DNA of 64,000 nt from positions 12,743 to 76,742 of the forward strand of contig JAPKHH010000004.1 in NCBI GenBank assembly GCA_026647025.1, in the 5' to 3' direction. Shown piece after piece: positions 60,030-64,000 of the stretch. The notes under the pieces were generated by a model. The model did not search any database. It had not been told where the DNA came from and worked only from the letters and a program-made list of their open reading frames with translations. The position numbers and the translations under genes were made by a program. Source of the stretch: Giesbergeria sp. (GTDB lineage: Bacteria > Pseudomonadota > Gammaproteobacteria > Burkholderiales > Burkholderiaceae_C). Every line of letters begins with the position of its first letter. Positions within the stretch are counted from its first letter, which is position 1.

Positions 60030-60056
60030 GACCGCTTCTCCTCGCACCCACCGGCC
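60030..60056 (-). repeat. Right imperfect inverted repeat bounding the insert
   Basis: GACCGCTTC...CCCACCGGCC begins immediately after the attC R' box. Confidence 0.55.
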
Positions 60057-60179
60057 GCTCCCGGCCGAGTCCCGCCCCTAGCTTGCACCCGTGAACACCC
60101 CCCGTGCAGCCCAGGAACACGGACGTTCATGAGTGCCGCACAGCTTCCTGCACGAGCCCTCCCGCCCAGCCGCGCCTGA

Positions 60180-61598
60180 CTACACCGGCCACTGCACCCC
60201 CACCCGCAGGCCCGGCGCGGCCTGCCCCGGGCGGGCTTCTTCCAGCCGCAGGCGCCCGCCGTGGCGCTGGGCGATGGCGTGGGCAATGGCCAGGCCCAGG
60301 CCCAGGCCGCTGCCGCGCGCTTCCTGCGGCGCCGCCGGGTCCGCCACGCGCAGGAAGCGCTCGCCCACGCGGGCGCGGTCGGCGGCGGGCATGCCAGGGC
60401 CGTTATCGGCCACGCACAGCAGGGCCTGGCCGTCCTGCACGCCGGCCTGCACCGTCACCTGACCGCCGGGGGGCGTGTGGACGAGCGCGTTGTGCAGCAG
60501 GTTGGCCAGGGCTTCTTCGAGCAGTGCCCCATGGCCCCGGGCCTGCGTGGGCTCGGCGCCCAGTGGTTCCAGCCCCAGGTCGACGCCTTGCTGGCGCGCC
60601 AGCGGCCACAGGCGGCGGGTGACGCGCTCGGCCAGGGCGTGCAGGTCCAGGGGTTCGACCTGCATTTCCAGCGCATCGGCGCGGGCCAGGGCGAGCATCT
60701 GGTTGGTCTGGCGGATGGCGTCGTCCACCTGGGTCTTGATGGCCTGCAGGGCCAGTTCGCGGTGCGCCGGGTCGGTTTCGCGCAGCGCAAAGCTGATCTG
60801 CGTGGCCAGCGTGGTCAGCGGGGTGCGCAGCTGGTGCGAGGCGTCGTCGATGAACTGGCGCCGGTCGTGCAAGGCCTGCTGGTAGCGCTGGGTGTGCTGG
60901 TTGATGGCGTCCACCAGCGGCTGCACTTCCTGCGGCACCTGGTCCGCGCGGATGGGGGTGAGGTCGTCGCTGCGGCGCTGGGCCACGTCGGTGCGCAGGC
61001 GCTGCAAGGGGCGCAGGCCGGCATGCACGGCCAGCACCACCAGCGCCAGCGCGGCCGCCAGCAAGAGAAGATCACGGGCCACCGCTTCGAGTACCAGGCG
61101 GCGGGTGAAATCCTGGCGGCTTTCCAGCGTTTCGGCCACCTGGATGATGACGCGGCTGGAGTGCGATCCTTGCGACAGCGGGCGGTCCAGCTGGCGCGCG
61201 TAGGTGCCCACGCGCACGGGGATGCCGAAGTAGTCGGCGTCGTGGAACTGGGGCGCGGCGTCTTCCAGGGGCCGGGGGGGCGCGGGCAGCAGGGCGTCGC
61301 CGATTTCCACCAGGCCGTCGCCGCTGGCCACGCGGTAGAACACCTGGCCGCTGGCGGTGAGTTCAAAGAACTCCAGCATGCGGTAGGGCAGCTCTACCGA
61401 CAGGCCGCCGCTGGCGGTGGAAATGTTGGCGTCCATGGCCTTGATGGCGCCCAGCAGCGAGCGATCGAACGCCGCGTTGGCGGCGGCCAGCGCATTGCGC
61501 CAGCTCACCACGATCTCCAGCCCCATGACCGCCAGCAGGCCCGGCAGCAGCACCACCAGCAGGGTGCGGCGCAGGCTCCAGTGGGCCCAGCGCGTCAT
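60180..61598 (-). CDS. tctE: Sensor histidine kinase (TctE/QseC family)
   Basis: FIDDASHQLRTPL, NLLHNAL, ADNGPG, GLGLAI; 2CSK_N-like periplasmic domain; near tctCBA. Confidence 0.85.
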   Translation of the reverse strand: MTRWAHWSLRRTLLVVLLPGLLAVMGLEIVVSWRNALAAANAAFDRSLLGAIKAMDANISTASGGLSVELPYRMLEFFELTASGQVFYRVASGDGLVEIGDALLPAPPRPLEDAAPQFHDADYFGIPVRVGTYARQLDRPLSQGSHSSRVIIQVAETLESRQDFTRRLVLEAVARDLLLLAAALALVVLAVHAGLRPLQRLRTDVAQRRSDDLTPIRADQVPQEVQPLVDAINQHTQRYQQALHDRRQFIDDASHQLRTPLTTLATQISFALRETDPAHRELALQAIKTQVDDAIRQTNQMLALARADALEMQVEPLDLHALAERVTRRLWPLARQQGVDLGLEPLGAEPTQARGHGALLEEALANLLHNALVHTPPGGQVTVQAGVQDGQALLCVADNGPGMPAADRARVGERFLRVADPAAPQEARGSGLGLGLAIAHAIAQRHGGRLRLEEARPGQAAPGLRVGVQWPV

Positions 61599-62284
61599 GG
61601 CGCGGGCGGCGGTGTGGCGCTGTCGGGCTCCAGCACATAGCCCAGGCCGCGCAGGGTGCTGATGCGCACGCCGCTGCCTTCCAGGCGTTTGCGCAGCCGG
61701 TGCACCAGCACTTCCATGGCTTCGGGTTGCACGTCGATCTCGTCGGCAAACACGCGCTCGAGCAGGTCGCGCTTGGACAGGGGCTCACCGCTGTGCTGCA
61801 CCAGGGTGCGCAGCAGCGCATGTTCGCGCGGGGTGAGCTTGAGCGGCTGGTGGCGCAGCAGCAGTTGCTGGCCCACGGGGTCGTACACCAGGGTGCCGCA
61901 GGCAAAGCGCGGGTGCTCGCCGCCGCGCGCACGGCGCACCAGGGCCAGCAGGCGGGCTTCGAGTTCGGCCAGCTCGAAGGGCTTGGCCAGAAAGTCGTCG
62001 GCCCCGGCCTTGAGGGTGTGCACGCGCTCCATGAGCGAGTCGCGCGCGGTGAGGATCAGCACCGGCAGGCCGTGCCCGGCATCGCGCAGGCCGTCGAGCA
62101 CGTCGTGGCCGTCGCGCCCGGGCAGCCCCAGGTCGAGGATCAGCGCGTCGTAGCGCGAGGCCTTGAGGCTGGAGGCCACCAGCCGCCCGTCGTTGACCCA
62201 GTCCACCTGAAAATCCGACTGGCGCAGCGCCTGCACCAGCCAGTTGGCCAGGGCGGGTTCGTCTTCGGCGAGCAGAATGCGCAT
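61595..62284 (-). CDS. tctD: OmpR-family response regulator (TctD-like)
   Basis: MRILLAEDE, LDLGLPG, GADDFLAKPF, TLRGLGY. Confidence 0.88.
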   Translation of the reverse strand: MRILLAEDEPALANWLVQALRQSDFQVDWVNDGRLVASSLKASRYDALILDLGLPGRDGHDVLDGLRDAGHGLPVLILTARDSLMERVHTLKAGADDFLAKPFELAELEARLLALVRRARGGEHPRFACGTLVYDPVGQQLLLRHQPLKLTPREHALLRTLVQHSGEPLSKRDLLERVFADEIDVQPEAMEVLVHRLRKRLEGSGVRISTLRGLGYVLEPDSATPPPAP

Positions 62285-62290
62285 GATGTT

Positions 62291-62344
62291 GCTATTTGTT
62301 TAATAGCTGCTAACGCCCGATGTATAAGCGCTGGAGGCCAAAAA
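62291..62344 (+). repeat. Dispersed bipartite palindromic repeat, copy 8
   Basis: GCTAT-N7-ATAGC, ACGCCCGATGTATAAGCGC, GAGGCCAAAAA. Confidence 0.82.
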
Positions 62345-62357
62345 GGCTTGAAATTGA

Positions 62358-63818
62358 TCAGGGGAAGCTTGCGATCACCTGCGCCACCGCTGCGGTGAGT
62401 TTCTTGGCGTAGGGCACATGCAGAAACTCGTTGGGGCCGTGCGCGTTGCTCTTGGGGCCGAGGACGCCGCACACCATCATCTGCGCCTGCGGAAAGCCCT
62501 GGCTGAGCATGCCCATGAGCGGGATGGTGCCGCCCTGGCCGATGAAGCCGCAGGGCGCGCCGAAATGCGCCTGGCTGGCGGCGTGCAGCGCGCTTTCAAA
62601 CCACGGCGCCGTCGCGGGGGCGTTCCAGCCATTGGCGCCGCTGGCGCTTTCCCAGGTCACCTTGGCCTGGTAGGGGGCGTTGTCTTCGAGCAGGGTTTTC
62701 ATCTCCTGCACGCACTGCGCGGCGTCCACCAGCGGCGGCAGGCGCAGGGACAGCTTGAACGCGGTGTAGGGGCGCAGCACGTTGCCGGCGTCCTGCAGGG
62801 CCGGAAAACCGTCGGCCCCGGTCACGCTGAGCGTGGGCTCCCAGGTGCGCTTGAGCAGTGCCTGCACGGGGTCTTGCGTGGTGGGCAGCGCAAACGCCGT
62901 GGAGCCGCCGCAGTCGTAATGCGCCCAGGGAAAGCGCCGGTACACCTCTTCGCCCAGGATGGCTGCGGTGGCGCGGGCCTGTGCCAGGCGCTCGGCCGGT
63001 ACCTCGCAGTGAAAGCGGGCGGGCAGCAGGCGGCCCGTGGCGCTGTCTTCGAGCCGGTCGAGCACCTGGCGCATGATGCGAAACGACGAGGGCACCAGGC
63101 CCGAGGCGTCGCCCGAGTGGATGCCCTCGGTCAGGATCTCCACCTTGAGCGTGCCGCTGGCCATGCCGCGCAGGCTGGTGGTGAGCCAGAGCTGGTCGTA
63201 GTTGCCCGCGCCCGAATCGAGGCACACCACCAGCGCCACGTCGCCCAGTCGGGTTTTCAAGGCATCGATGTAGGGCAGCAGGTCGCGCGAGCCGCTTTCC
63301 TCGCTGGTTTCGATCAAACCGACGATGCGCGGGTGCGGCACGCCCTGGCGCTTGAGTTCCTGCACGGCGGCAATGCTGGCGTATACCGCGTAGCCGTCGT
63401 CGGCGCCCCCGCGTCCGTAGAGCTTGCCGTCCTCGTACTGGGGCGTCCAGGGACCGAGGTCGCTGCGCCAGCCGGAGAATTCGGGCTGCTTGTCCAGGTG
63501 GCCATACATCAGCACGGTCTGCGGGCTGGCGGCGCGCGTGGCTGCGATCTCGAAGAACAGCACCGGCGTGCGCCCCGGCAGGCGCACCACTTCCAGCGTG
63601 AGGCCGGCCACCTTCTGGTCTTCGATCCAGGCGGCGGCATTGCGCACCACGGTGTCGAGCAAGCCCTGCTGCTCCCAGTCGGGGGCAAACAGGGGCGATT
63701 TGGCGGGGATGCGGATGTAGTCGGTGAGCTGCGGCAGGATGCTCTCGTCCCACACGTGGCCAATGCGTTCCAGCGCGGGGGCCGGTTGCAGGGTGTGGGC
63801 AGGGATTCGGGCGTTCAT
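62358..63818 (-). CDS. M20-family metallopeptidase/dipeptidase
   Basis: YGHLDKQP, YGRGGADDG, SEESGS, CLDSG, AHGPNE. Confidence 0.92.
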   Translation of the reverse strand: MNARIPAHTLQPAPALERIGHVWDESILPQLTDYIRIPAKSPLFAPDWEQQGLLDTVVRNAAAWIEDQKVAGLTLEVVRLPGRTPVLFFEIAATRAASPQTVLMYGHLDKQPEFSGWRSDLGPWTPQYEDGKLYGRGGADDGYAVYASIAAVQELKRQGVPHPRIVGLIETSEESGSRDLLPYIDALKTRLGDVALVVCLDSGAGNYDQLWLTTSLRGMASGTLKVEILTEGIHSGDASGLVPSSFRIMRQVLDRLEDSATGRLLPARFHCEVPAERLAQARATAAILGEEVYRRFPWAHYDCGGSTAFALPTTQDPVQALLKRTWEPTLSVTGADGFPALQDAGNVLRPYTAFKLSLRLPPLVDAAQCVQEMKTLLEDNAPYQAKVTWESASGANGWNAPATAPWFESALHAASQAHFGAPCGFIGQGGTIPLMGMLSQGFPQAQMMVCGVLGPKSNAHGPNEFLHVPYAKKLTAAVAQVIASFP

Positions 63819-63876
63819 TGCAAGGCTCCTCGGAGTTCACAGAACCCTGATTCCAACACAAGCGCCAGCGGCTGTC

Positions 63877-64000
63877 TTAAACCAGCGAGGATGGGCAGGT
63901 CTCTGGCGTGCTGTCGGCCACGCCCTGGCGGGTCACGCGACCCAGGGCTTCCACCGTCTCCACCCGGTTGCGGCCTTCCTGCTTGGCGCGGTAGAGCGCC
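63877..64000 (-). CDS. C-terminal end of a GGDEF diguanylate cyclase; runs off the right edge
   Basis: Own translation ALYRAKQEGRNRV...*. Confidence 0.75.
   Translation of the reverse strand, partial: ALYRAKQEGRNRVETVEALGRVTRQGVADSTPETCPSSLV

Noticed and set aside
58760-60056. Complete integron or active IS91
   Set aside because: No intI or attI, and only ~50 C-terminal codons of the transposase remain.

Overview
High-GC betaproteobacterial DNA; gene content and repeats point to Comamonadaceae (inference). From left to right: (1) housekeeping genes (partial gdhA, ppk2, LysR/PACE pair, SAH riboswitch plus split metH, PAS-GGDEF-EAL, aroK, a stand-alone tandem NarX-like sensor protein, fpr). 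(2) A sulfide cluster with two different sulfide:quinone oxidoreductases, DUF302, a CxxC CMD protein, an RND/TolC pump and a Cys-rich ArsR. (3) A TetR-led MFP/ABC/OMF exporter. (4) The highlight: an ~11 kb heme-copper oxidase locus with an FNR-type box. Its subunit I has Gln in place of the cross-linked Tyr (eNOR-like NO reductase). It is co-encoded with a divergent CtaA, CtaB, SCO, a second subunit-I paralogue that lacks the CuB His-His pair, and two paralogous cytochrome b fusion proteins (b-2x[4Fe-4S]-MvhD and b-[2Fe-2S]-FAD/NAD reductase). (5) A ~6 kb foreign-looking acyl-metabolism island ending in an IS5 relic. (6) An O2-independent ubiquinone cluster (ubiU-V-T, a DGC-domain gene, ubiX, ubiD). 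(7) tctCBA-abrB and tctDE, separated by an inverted-repeat-bounded insert carrying an IS91 relic and an orphan integron-type gene cassette. A ~55-bp bipartite palindromic repeat is dispersed in about 8 copies. All calls rest on motif recognition by eye; no database searches were run.
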